64,000 nt of DNA from Antedon mediterranea (lineage: Eukaryota; Animalia; Echinodermata), in assembly GCF_964355755.1 (NCBI RefSeq), contig NC_092674.1:29264001-29328000 (forward strand). Direction: 5' to 3'. The position numbers and the translations under genes are program-made. The notes below the pieces were generated by a model that saw only the letters and a program-made list of their open reading frames with translations, searched no databases and was not told where the DNA came from. This document shows positions 11,343 to 21,859 of the stretch, piece by piece; the first letter of the stretch is position 1, and every line of letters starts with the position of its first letter.

Positions 11343-13226
11343 TTATAAATTGTCAGTTTCTTCGTAGTCATTATTAATATGATCCACAACCAAACCGATA
11401 CCATGATCAGGCAACCAATCTTGATATCTTGGTTCCTCTAAAACATGATATAATTGGCCCATCGTCGTATCCACAGATCGCTCTTCTCGAAGCGTGTCGT
11501 CATGAAGTCTTCGATTGTCAATAGGCTGTGACGTCATCTGGTGACGAGTGATTGCAGAATTCTGTTCAGCACTTATTTCATCATCAGGTATTTCTTGATA
11601 TACATTAGTTACGTCATCTGTGGACAATATTTTGTTATCTTTTTCTAACCATGATCTCTGTTCTTCTTTAACGGGTTCAACAACCTGCTGCGGAGTCCTC
11701 GGAGCAAATGAAGATCTCTGCCTTTGTATTCTTCTTCTATCATCGGATATTTCGTTATAAACACGCGATACATTATTTTTCGGGCGAATTGGTACTAACA
11801 ATATCTTGTCTTGTTCATAAACGTGTTCTTGATCTAGTTCACCAAAATGTCTTTTCCGATTATCTTGGATATTGCCATCGAATTCCCGTTCTGGTGACTG
11901 CTGCTCCTGATGCTGTCTACCAACAAGTGAATGATCTTGATTGTTGCTATCAACTTCTTGTTCTTGCTGTTCCTGGTCAAGTGTACTTAAAGGAACTGAT
12001 TGACGATTGCCATCAAATATTTGTGGCTGGTCCTCTTCTTCGACGCCGTGAGTAATTGTATGTGGATGGTTGATTCCATTGTGATAGATATTTTCTGCTA
12101 AAGTGACGCCTGTAGATTCATTCATTTGAATTAATTGTACATTGTCAGTGTTGATCAAGGGTTTAACGCGTATACAACTCTTACAGCATATCGCAAGGAG
12201 CACAACTATTATGACGCAGATGATGACTGGCACAAAGAACCATAACATACGTTTCCATCTTAGTAAATAATGTAAATCTATCACCAGTGTTGTATTTCCA
12301 GTTGCATGCCAATACTTATTAGATACAACACATGTTACAACTTGTTGGTCATCTTCCTGACGAATCTCCTGGATGCAGTATTGATTTGAGTTCTGCATCT
12401 CATCTTCGGTACTATTTCTCGACCAAAAGTACTCAACATCTACAAGACTCCCTGCAGTTATTATGCAAACAAAGCATACTTTATCACCAGCGTAGAATGG
12501 GGTGTTGTTTAGTGAAAGGACTTGGATGGATGTTGTTTCAATAACATGGAGAGTATTTGTAAAACATGTTTGTCCTTGTTTATTTTCACACATAAACGAA
12601 ATATCTGTGTCGTTTCTCGTAACGGTGTAATTGTAACTTAACTCTTTAGTATGGTTTAATATTGTAAGAAAACGTGTACCACCTTTTGTACCGAAATACA
12701 AGTGGAGTGTCAGCTGGTCTGAAAGTTCATCCTTACAAAATACATTCACTAAATCTCCAATACCTGCGGACTTGGGTATAGGACCGCAGACTATGTTTGA
12801 CGTACATTTTGGAAGAACGACCAAATTTGTAACGTGCATTGTGTAGTTTGCTTCTACAACTTGGCATCTATACAGTCCAGAATCTGCCTGGGCAGCATCA
12901 GTTATTATCAGTGTATTTGTTGTGTAATTATTATACGTTTCTTTACATTGTTTTACCGACAAACTAAAACGATCTTGACGTTGACTCAGTGCATTTTTGT
13001 TCAATTTATATTTGTAATCAGAAAGCCACAAGTCAGTGCAAAATACGCGTAGAGACCAAAATAAAACGGATTTTTCTCCTGTTGAACAATCAGCACTGCA
13101 TCTCATGGTAACGTTCTCTCCTTCATAAACTGTAACATTATTCGTTTCAAAATTCACATCACATGTTACACTACGTAGAGACGCCAAGTACAGTATAACC
13201 AACACAAGTGTTCTAGTAAGCGTCAT
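11343..13226 (-). CDS. Ig-receptor A4: long Tyr-rich cytoplasmic tail (627 aa from ATG 13226)
   Basis: Family A ectodomain; uncharged TM MLWFFVPVIICVIIVVLLAICC; ~275-aa Q/E-rich tail with ENIY, EHVY, VYNEI, VYQEI, LYHVL and NDYEE. The first true ATG precedes the signal peptide. Confidence 0.9.
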   Translation of the reverse strand: MTLTRTLVLVILYLASLRSVTCDVNFETNNVTVYEGENVTMRCSADCSTGEKSVLFWSLRVFCTDLWLSDYKYKLNKNALSQRQDRFSLSVKQCKETYNNYTTNTLIITDAAQADSGLYRCQVVEANYTMHVTNLVVLPKCTSNIVCGPIPKSAGIGDLVNVFCKDELSDQLTLHLYFGTKGGTRFLTILNHTKELSYNYTVTRNDTDISFMCENKQGQTCFTNTLHVIETTSIQVLSLNNTPFYAGDKVCFVCIITAGSLVDVEYFWSRNSTEDEMQNSNQYCIQEIRQEDDQQVVTCVVSNKYWHATGNTTLVIDLHYLLRWKRMLWFFVPVIICVIIVVLLAICCKSCIRVKPLINTDNVQLIQMNESTGVTLAENIYHNGINHPHTITHGVEEEDQPQIFDGNRQSVPLSTLDQEQQEQEVDSNNQDHSLVGRQHQEQQSPEREFDGNIQDNRKRHFGELDQEHVYEQDKILLVPIRPKNNVSRVYNEISDDRRRIQRQRSSFAPRTPQQVVEPVKEEQRSWLEKDNKILSTDDVTNVYQEIPDDEISAEQNSAITRHQMTSQPIDNRRLHDDTLREERSVDTTMGQLYHVLEEPRYQDWLPDHGIGLVVDHINNDYEETDNL

Positions 13227-13665
13227 TTTAGTGGATGGATGGTGTCGAACAATTATGAATGAATGAGTGAACGGAGAATATACTTTTTGTTCATACACTC
13301 ACTTTTCTGTGAAATATAATTTCTAAACCAGGAAATTGCGTAATTTGTTTCGTATCTGTTTCCGAAACAACATTATATAATAATATGCTCTATAATGTTA
13401 ATTGCGTATAGTTGATATTAGTATCTCGTGATGAGAAATAACTTATTTTCAAGGTAAACGTATTATCTTTCACGTATCAATGATACCAGCGGCTAACTAT
13501 AGTTTAGACTAGTGAGAGTAGTAAGTAGTGTACATGGATTGACACCGTGTAGAATTGTCCAGTCCATGGTATGGTCCGATACCCATTTTCCCTAAATTTA
13601 TAATAGTAATATTATACACACCTTCAACAGTAATAGACTTTGTCATCTCTCATTAATGTAAGCAT

Positions 13666-15042
13666 TTAATGACTGAGTGTTGTGCAGTATAATTGACCGC
13701 CCTGAGTAGATTTGAAACTATCATTAGAACCAGGCCGAGATACACGCATTCGCTCAATAGTATCCGCATACACGTGTCCTGGATAAGGTGGTTTTCTAAC
13801 TTCGTGCTCTTTGTCAGCTAGCCCAGAGTATTTCTTTTGATCATTCTGACGAACATCATTCTTAATAGTGTCGTAAATCGATTCCTTTCGGTCATTTGAC
13901 TGTCGTTTAAGCTTTCTTGTTTTGGAACAAATCACAACAGCCAGGCACACAATTGTGATTATGAAAACCGTATTAGTTGATAACAACAGAAGTATAATGA
14001 TAAACATGGTTGAAGGATCGGCGAACGTTGGTAGGTTAGAAGTAAGTCCAGTCGTCTGGTCAGATGAAATAAGTATCGGTGTTACCGCAACATTGATGGG
14101 CGCGCTTACAGCTGCATACTGGTGGCGGTGCTTAGTAGACACGTTGCAGAAAATGAGCTCCTTACCATTTGTAGCTTCAACCTCATTGACGCAGTACTGG
14201 TTTGATCCAGGATGCTGGTCATTTTCATGACTTGTTGACCACCAATATTCAACGTCTGTAAAACCTTCTCCACGGATTACGCAGACGAAACACATCCGGT
14301 TGACATCTTGTTGCCAGAGCTGTAGAACTTCAACTATCATCTTCTGGATAATATGCATGTTGTTTGTGACACAACCTCTTTGTTCTTGGTTCCGGTTATT
14401 CACCAGTTCACATACGAAATATACAATAGTATCATCACTGCTAACGGTGTAAACGTGACTTAGCGTCAGGTTTGTAATCTGACGGTTTACTGTCTGAAGT
14501 AAACGCTTTATATGATCTTTCTCGTTAAACGCATACAGATTTAACTCCGTATTTTGGTCTTTACCGTCAGCCACACACGACAAGGTCACTAAATCACCAG
14601 GAACGGCAGATATTGGTACTCGATTGCAGGTTGGATTTTGCAAACACAGATCAACAACTTTGAATTCTATAGAACTTACAGAATTCGTACCAGCAACACC
14701 GCATTGATATACCCCAGCATCGCCTTGATCCGCGCCAGTTATCGACAGTGTACTTGTGATGTTCATTACGTCGTCTGCGTTGCGTTTCTTGTAAACGGAC
14801 ACACTGTAACGGTTTTGGCGGGAATCCAGAAGATCAAGATTCAATTTGTCAAATACATCGACAAGCCACATTTTCCCGGTGTACCATAATATGCTTTCTG
14901 TATTCCCAGAAGACGTGATCGAACAACTGAGAGTCGCCGTTTCTCCTTTGTAAATTTGAAAATCTGGGGTTCGTACAATCTCAACCCCATCTGCATAATA
15001 TATGAACACTAACTGTAGAAATATTTTAGTAACAACTGCCAT
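13666..15042 (-). CDS. Ig-receptor family B, copy B1 (458 aa)
   Basis: Signal peptide; V-like domain (GETATLSC..W..LSITGADQGDAGVYQC); two more Ig-like domains; S/T stalk; TM; tail with SIYDTI, KYSGL, HVYAD and QLYC. Single ORF. Confidence 0.9.
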   Translation of the reverse strand: MAVVTKIFLQLVFIYYADGVEIVRTPDFQIYKGETATLSCSITSSGNTESILWYTGKMWLVDVFDKLNLDLLDSRQNRYSVSVYKKRNADDVMNITSTLSITGADQGDAGVYQCGVAGTNSVSSIEFKVVDLCLQNPTCNRVPISAVPGDLVTLSCVADGKDQNTELNLYAFNEKDHIKRLLQTVNRQITNLTLSHVYTVSSDDTIVYFVCELVNNRNQEQRGCVTNNMHIIQKMIVEVLQLWQQDVNRMCFVCVIRGEGFTDVEYWWSTSHENDQHPGSNQYCVNEVEATNGKELIFCNVSTKHRHQYAAVSAPINVAVTPILISSDQTTGLTSNLPTFADPSTMFIIILLLLSTNTVFIITIVCLAVVICSKTRKLKRQSNDRKESIYDTIKNDVRQNDQKKYSGLADKEHEVRKPPYPGHVYADTIERMRVSRPGSNDSFKSTQGGQLYCTTLSH

Positions 15043-15769
15043 TTTTAAAACAAAAAATTGTTTTTGCTAAATTATATTTCGCAATACGACTACTATCCAG
15101 GTCTCTCGTCCATGGAAAGACAAATGCAACATTGGTTTCTATAAATATTTAAAAGATAATCAAAAGTTATCTTATCTTTTTTTTTATTTCGAAAGCTATT
15201 ATAACTGATTCACTTTCAGATTAGATCAATGGCTATATGCGATTTGTTTAGATAATAATATAGTGTATACAAACAGTACGTACATACAATTATAGGCTAC
15301 ACAATCATTTGTTTTGATGTATTTGTGCGGGCCCTTGTGAAAAAAGTAATGTTATCAAACTGACCTGCGCCAGAGATGGTTTTGATCTTTAAAGAAGACT
15401 AACAAAAGATAAACAATTTAAATGAGTACCGCATCGCATAACTTTGTTTCTTGATTATGTATTATATTAAAAAAATGTAAAATTGCCAAGAACGCTTTTT
15501 TCACACGCATTCGTTTTGTCGCCGTTTTGTTGTTGTAGTTTTTTGACAGCTCATGAATATGTAAAACCAGTTGTTAACACACTAGCGTTGTGTGTGAACA
15601 CACACTAGCATTGTGTGTGAACGCACCTGTATTTGCTTTGCGTTGTAAAAAGACCTTGCTATTTGCAACGCAGTGTATATATACAGCAACTACATCAGTC
15701 CATAGAGATATTATAAAATCTCTTCTCGAGTATCTGAACAAAGAGAGGCAAAAGTTCAAACCGTTTCTC

Positions 15770-16026
15770 AGTACACGGATGTCAGCATCAAGGGAAAAAA
15801 AGCCAGTTTCTTCCCTAAACCGAGTAAGTACTAGGTTACAATAAAAATATAGAGGAAGCAAGCCTAGAATATAGATTGATTCCAATGGTGACAAGAAAGC
15901 AATATTTGGTAAACGATAAATTTTTAGGACCACAATGGAAATAAGTTTGCCGTCTCGGTACTTTTTTGTGTTTTTTATCCTATTGATTTTATATCAGAAT
16001 AAAGGAAAAAAAAAAAATGTGGATCT
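15770..16026 (-). pseudogene. Orphan, decayed copy of the ALG8 terminal exon
   Basis: Encodes IAFLSPLESIYILGLLPLYFYCNLV as in 25703-25964. Its 3' part is deleted and ~90 bp are inserted just after the acceptor. Confidence 0.85.
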
Positions 16027-16438
16027 CTGTAAAACAATAACAAAACAACTTTTTGAAACAATTTGTTAGTTTTAAAAAGCAATAATCTTTATTAATTAAA
16101 AAAAAAGTATTAAAGCATTCAATATTTCAAATTAATTGATCAACATTATTAAAACGTTTTCTATTCAATAGATCATAAAATATGTAAAAATAAAATAAAT
16201 TAGAATTCTATATAGGTATCAAAAGTAACAATGTTTTTACATTGTTTATTCACTTCAGAAATCTGACCAATCATTAGTTGTTTTAAAGTCATGTGATAAA
16301 ATGTAAATGATCTGAATGAATACGTGTAAATTACATACATTAAACAAGAAAGAGTTTTAAAGTTTAATAGTGAGCAAGTTAGAGTGTAAAGAAATGATAA
16401 ATTTCAGTTCGTTTTTATCATAGTTGTTGTTTTCTTAG

Positions 16439-17569
16439 TCAACGGTCATATATGTCAACAACCTCCATCTGTGCATCAACTGTGTTGTCAGTAGGTTTGA
16501 TATTGTTACACCTCTTACAGATCACAATGAGGACAGCTATCATTAAGAAGACTTTGATTACCAATGGTATCATCCATATTGTGAGTGTACAACTGCAGAG
16601 AGGTTCTGTTGGTTCTGCCACTACCCGGATGCTTGTATTCCCAGTTGCATGCCAATACTTATTAGATACAACACATGTTACAACTTGTTGGTCATCTTCC
16701 TGACGAATCTCCTGGATGCAGTATTGATTTGAGTTCTGCATCTCATCTTCGGTACTATTTCTCGACCAAAAGTACTCAACATCTACAAGACTCCCTGCAG
16801 TTATTATGCAAACAAAGCATACTTTATCACCAGCGTAGAATGGGGTGTTGTTTAGTGAAAGGACTTGGATGGATGTTGTTTCAATAACATGGAGAGTATT
16901 TGTAAAACATGTTTGTCCTTGTTTATTTTCACACATAAACGAAATATCTGTGTCGTTTCTCGTAACGGTGTAATTGTAACTTAACTCTTTAGTATGGTTT
17001 AATATTGTAAGAAAACGTGTACCACCTTTTGTACCGAAATACAAGTGGAGTGTCAGCTGGTCTGAAAGTTCATCCTTACAAAATACATTCACTAAATCTC
17101 CAATACCTGCGGACTTGGGTATAGGACCGCAGACTATGTTTGACGTACATTTTGGAAGAATGACCAAATTTGTAACGTGCATTGTGTAGTTTGCTTCTAC
17201 AACTTGGCAGCTATACAATCCAGAATCTGCCTGGGCAGCATCAGTTATTATCAGTGTATTTGTTGTGTAATTATTATACGTTTCTTTACATTGTTTTACC
17301 GACAAACTAAAACGATCTTGACGTTGACCCAGTGCATTTTTGTTCAATTTATATTTGTAATCAGAAAGCCACAAGTCAGTGCAAAATACGCGTAGAGACC
17401 AAAATATAACGGATTTTTCTCCTGTTGAACAATCAGCACTGCATCTCATGGTAACGTTCTCTCCTTCATAAACTGTAACATTATTCGTTTCAAAATTCAC
17501 ATCACATGTTACACTACGTAGAGACGCCAAGTACAGTATAACCAACACAAGTGTTCTAGTAAGCGTCAT
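16439..17569 (-). CDS. Ig-receptor A5: A4-type ectodomain with short Lys-TM tail (376 aa)
   Basis: Ectodomain differs from A4 at 4 residues. After YWHATGNT it switches to SIRVVAEPTEPLCSCTLTIWMIPLVIKV..DIYDR. Confidence 0.9.
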   Translation of the reverse strand: MTLTRTLVLVILYLASLRSVTCDVNFETNNVTVYEGENVTMRCSADCSTGEKSVIFWSLRVFCTDLWLSDYKYKLNKNALGQRQDRFSLSVKQCKETYNNYTTNTLIITDAAQADSGLYSCQVVEANYTMHVTNLVILPKCTSNIVCGPIPKSAGIGDLVNVFCKDELSDQLTLHLYFGTKGGTRFLTILNHTKELSYNYTVTRNDTDISFMCENKQGQTCFTNTLHVIETTSIQVLSLNNTPFYAGDKVCFVCIITAGSLVDVEYFWSRNSTEDEMQNSNQYCIQEIRQEDDQQVVTCVVSNKYWHATGNTSIRVVAEPTEPLCSCTLTIWMIPLVIKVFLMIAVLIVICKRCNNIKPTDNTVDAQMEVVDIYDR

Positions 17570-18011
17570 TTTAGTGGATGGATGGTGTCGAACAATTATG
17601 AATGAATGAGTGAACGGAGAATATACTTTTTGTTCATACACTCACTTATCTGTGAAATATAATTTCTAAACCAGGAAATTGCGTAATTTGTTTCGTATCT
17701 GTTTCCGAAACAACATTATATAATAATATGCTCTATAATGTTAATTGCGTATAGTTGATATTATTAGTATCTCGTGATGAGAAATAACTTATTTTCAAGG
17801 TAAACGTATTATCTTTCACGTATCAATGATACCAGCGGCTAACTATAGTTTAGACTAGTGAGAGTAGTAAGTAGTGTACATGGATTGACACCGTGTAGAA
17901 TTGTCCAGTCCATGGTATGGTCCGATACCCATTTTCCCTAAATTTATAATAGTAATATTATACACACCTTCAACAGTAATAGACTTTGTCATCTCTCATT
18001 AATGTAAGCAT

Positions 18012-19388
18012 TTAATGACTGAGTGTTGTGCAGTATAATTGACCGCCCTGAGTAGATTTGAAACTATCATTAGAACCAGGCCGAGATACACGCATTCGCT
18101 CAATAGTATCCGCATACACGTGTCCTGGATAAGGTGGTTTTCTAACTTCGTGCTCTTTGTCAGCTAGCCCAGAGTATTTCTTTTGATCATTCTGACGAAC
18201 ATCATTCTTAATAGTGTCGTAAATCGATTCCTTTCGGTCATTTGACTGTCGTTTAAGCTTTCTTGTTTTGGAACAAATCACAACAGCCAGGCACACAATT
18301 GTGATTATGAAAACCGTATTAGTTGATAACAACAGAAGTATAATGATAAACATGGTTGAAGGATCGGCGAACGTTGGTAGGTTAGAAGTAAGCCCAGTCG
18401 TCTGGTCAGATGAAATAAGTATCGGTGTTACCACAACTTTGATAGGCGCACTTGCAGCTGTATACTGGTGGCGGTGCTTAGTAGACACGTTGCAGAAAAT
18501 GAACTCCTTACCATTTGTACCTTCAACCTCATTGACGCAGTACTGGTTTGATCCCGGATGCTGGTCAATGTCACGACTTGTTGTCCACCAATATTCAACG
18601 TCTGTAAAACCGTCTCCACGAATTACGCAGACGAAACACACCCGGTTGACATCTTGTTGCCAAAGCTGTAGAACTTCAACTATCATCTTCTGGATAACAT
18701 GCATGTTGTTTGTGACACAACCTCTTTGTTCTTGGTTCCGCTCATTCACCAGTTCACATACGAAATACACAATAGTATCATCACTGCTGACGGTGTAAAC
18801 GTGGCTTAGCGTCAGGTTTGTAATCTGACGGTTTACTGTCTGAAGTAAACGCTTTATCTGATCTTTCGCGTCAAACGCATACAGACTTAACTCGGTATTT
18901 TGGTCTTTACCGTCAGCCACACACGACAAGGTCACTAAATCACCAGGAACAGCAGATATTGGTACTCGATTGCAGGTTGGGTTTTGCAAACACAGTTCAA
19001 CAACTTTGAATTCTATAGAACTTACAGAATTCGTACCAGCAACACCGCATTGATACACCCCAGCATCGCCTTGATCCGCGCCAGTTATCGACAGTGTACT
19101 TGTGATGTTCATTACGTCGTCTGCGTTGCGTTTCTTGTAAACGGACACACTGTAACGGTTTTGGCGGGAACCCAGAAGATCGAGATTCAATTTGTCAAAT
19201 ACATCGACAAGCCAAATTTGCCTGGTGTACCATAATATGCTTTCTGTATTTCCAGAAGACGTGATCGAACAACTGAGAGTCGCCGTTTCTCCTTTATAAA
19301 TCTGAAAATCTGGGGTTTGTACAATCTCAACCCCATCTGCATAATATATGAACACTAACTGTAGAAATATTTTAGTAACAACTGCCAT
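18012..19388 (-). CDS. Ig-receptor B2 (458 aa)
   Basis: Near-identical paralog of B1/B3 with an intact ORF. Confidence 0.9.
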   Translation of the reverse strand: MAVVTKIFLQLVFIYYADGVEIVQTPDFQIYKGETATLSCSITSSGNTESILWYTRQIWLVDVFDKLNLDLLGSRQNRYSVSVYKKRNADDVMNITSTLSITGADQGDAGVYQCGVAGTNSVSSIEFKVVELCLQNPTCNRVPISAVPGDLVTLSCVADGKDQNTELSLYAFDAKDQIKRLLQTVNRQITNLTLSHVYTVSSDDTIVYFVCELVNERNQEQRGCVTNNMHVIQKMIVEVLQLWQQDVNRVCFVCVIRGDGFTDVEYWWTTSRDIDQHPGSNQYCVNEVEGTNGKEFIFCNVSTKHRHQYTAASAPIKVVVTPILISSDQTTGLTSNLPTFADPSTMFIIILLLLSTNTVFIITIVCLAVVICSKTRKLKRQSNDRKESIYDTIKNDVRQNDQKKYSGLADKEHEVRKPPYPGHVYADTIERMRVSRPGSNDSFKSTQGGQLYCTTLSH

Positions 19389-20263
19389 TTTTAAAACAAA
19401 AAATTGTTTTTGCTAAATTAGATTTCGCAATACGACTACTATCCAGGTCTCTCGTCCATGGAAAGACAAATGCAACATTGGTTTCTATAAATATTTAAAA
19501 GATAATCAAAAGTTATCTTAAATGTTTTTTATTTCAGTATAACTGATTCACTTTCAGATTAGATATGGCTATATGCCATTTGTTTAGATAATATAATAGT
19601 TTATACAAACAGTAACATTCTGTTTATTTGAATACATATAAGCTACACATAGCTATAGGTTCCGATCATAATCATTTTTTTTGATGTTGCGGGCCCTTGT
19701 AAAAAAGTAATGTTATCAAACTGACCTGGGCCAGAGCTATATATGGTTTTGATCCTAAAAGAGAACTAACAACATATAAACAATTTAAATTAGTACTTTG
19801 TTTATGTATTATATCAAGCCAAGAAAGCTACAGTTTTGTTGTTTATTGACAGCTATGAATATGTAAAAGCCAGTTAACACACTAGCTTTGTGTGTGAACA
19901 CACACTATCGTTGTATGTGAACACACACTATCGTTGTCTGTGAACGCACTTGTATTTACTTTGCGTTGTAAATCGACCTTGCCATTTACAACGCAGTGTT
20001 ATATACAACAACTACATCAGTCCACAGAGATATTATAAAATCTCTGAGTATCTGAACAATGAGAGGCAAAAGCTCAAACCGTTTCTATGCATTTATTTTA
20101 TATATTCATTTTACCATTGATTTACAAAAAATTTAAAATAATTTCTTATACTATTTTAAATATATACTGTAATCTTTAACTTTTACTAATAAACCTTTGT
20201 TGTGACATTTTTCCTATTATTTGTAAGTAGTACTGAGGCCGAAATATAAATTTAACATGATTT

Positions 20264-20526
20264 CTGAATGCGCTTATCTTTCTGTGAATGTATCTTCCCC
20301 TCCCGCTTTAATGAATTATAATAAAATTTAAACCAGGCCCATGAAACACCTGCTGCACAGTAGACGGATGTCAGCATCAAGGGAAAGAAAGCCAGTTTCT
20401 CCCTAAACCAAGTAAGTAATGTACTAAGTTACAATACAAATATAGAGGAAGTAAGCCTAGAATAATATAGATTGATTCCAATGGTGACAAGAAAGCAATG
20501 TGTGGTAAATGATACGTTTTTGGATC
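20264..20526 (-). pseudogene. Orphan copy of the ALG8 terminal exon
   Basis: Nearly identical to 25703-25964 with the acceptor intact. It has a 1-nt deletion (ttctccctaaa vs ttctcccctaaa), a 3-nt insertion and TAG changed to CAG. Confidence 0.88.
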
Positions 20527-20828
20527 TCTGTAAAACAATAACAAAACAAACTTTTTGATACAAATTGTTAGTTTTAAAAAGCAATAATCTTTTTATAATT
20601 AATTATGAAAGTGATTGTTAAACAAAACAAAACTATAAACAATGAAACAGGAAGAATAATAAATAAATAAAAACAAAAAGAAGTAGCAGAGCATTAAATA
20701 TTTCAAATTAATTGATCAACATTATTAAAACGTTAACGTTTTTTATTCAATAGATCATACAATATGTAAAAATAAAATAAATTAGAATTCTATATAGGTA
20801 TCAAAAGTAACAATGTTTTTACATTGTT

Positions 20829-21665
20829 TTTATTTATTTTTATTTATTTTATTTATTTAATCGGTATAAAAAGACTCAAAATACAACTCATAGTTGAAAT
20901 GAAGAGCTTACATATGAAAATGATAATTCACATAGCCTAAACAAAGTTAAACGAAGAAAAAACACATTAAAGCCTAAGAAACAGTAATAATTACTGTATA
21001 ATTCGTTAAACTTAAAATTACTATAAAAAATGCACAAATTCTTAAATATACAATTTTAAAAAATAGAGACTAATATTAATAATCACATTATTTTTAAACA
21101 CCAATAAAATATATGTAAAATTCATTAAACTAAAAGTACAATAAAAATTGCACAAAATTCAAATTCAAAGGATGATATTAATAATTACAAATTCTTATAT
21201 TATATTTACAAATTTAAAAAATTGAATCTTATAAATCACATTTTTATAGTCCCATAAGTAGTTACAAAAAAAAATTTAAAGCATAAAACAACCACTTGAC
21301 AAAGAGACAATAGAACATACTCTTCGAAATGTCTTTAAAGGTTAATTGTCCAAATCTATTCATTATTTAAGAGTCCAATAACAGTTGGAATTGTTGATGC
21401 AGCAAGTCTTTTAGTCCGACATCGTGGCACATCAAACTTATTAACTTTACGCAAACACCTTGTCGGCTTTTCTTTTTCAGGGATCCATTCCTTAAAGCGA
21501 TCCGACTTTAGCAGCCCCTTTCCAAAGTTATAAAGAAGAACCTGACGTCTATGCTGCAATGTCTTTAACTTGAGGGTTTCAAGTGATTTTGCGTAACTAA
21601 CATAGTTTTGATATCCAATAATAAGTTTTACAACACGCTTTTGGATGAATTCAAGTTGATCACTC
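20829..21665 (-). mobile_element. 5'-truncated non-LTR retrotransposon (CR1/L2/Crack-like ORF2 C-terminus, 3' UTR, (TAAA)n tail)
   Basis: Peptide LEFIQKRVVKLI..Y..SL..LKL.TL..RR..PRCRTKR..STIP..LLN. The tttat repeats at 20830-20859 form the tail. Flanked by tgttt on both sides; empty site attgtttattcacttcag at ~16241. Confidence 0.85.
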
Positions 21666-21859
21666 TGTTTATTCACTTCAGAAATCTGACCAATCATTGG
21701 TTGTTTTAAAGTCATGTGATAAATGTAAATGATCTGAATGATCACGTGTAAATTACATACATTAAACAAGAAAGAGTTTTAAAGTTTAATAGTGAGCAGT
21801 TAGGGTGTAAAGGAATGATAAATTTCAGTTCGTTTTTATCATAGTTGTTGTTTTCTTAG

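Noticed and set aside
13227-13298. N-terminal extensions of A4/A5/A6 in the ORF track
   Set aside because: They rely on non-ATG starts. ATGs at 13226, 17569 and 22990 directly precede the signal peptides.
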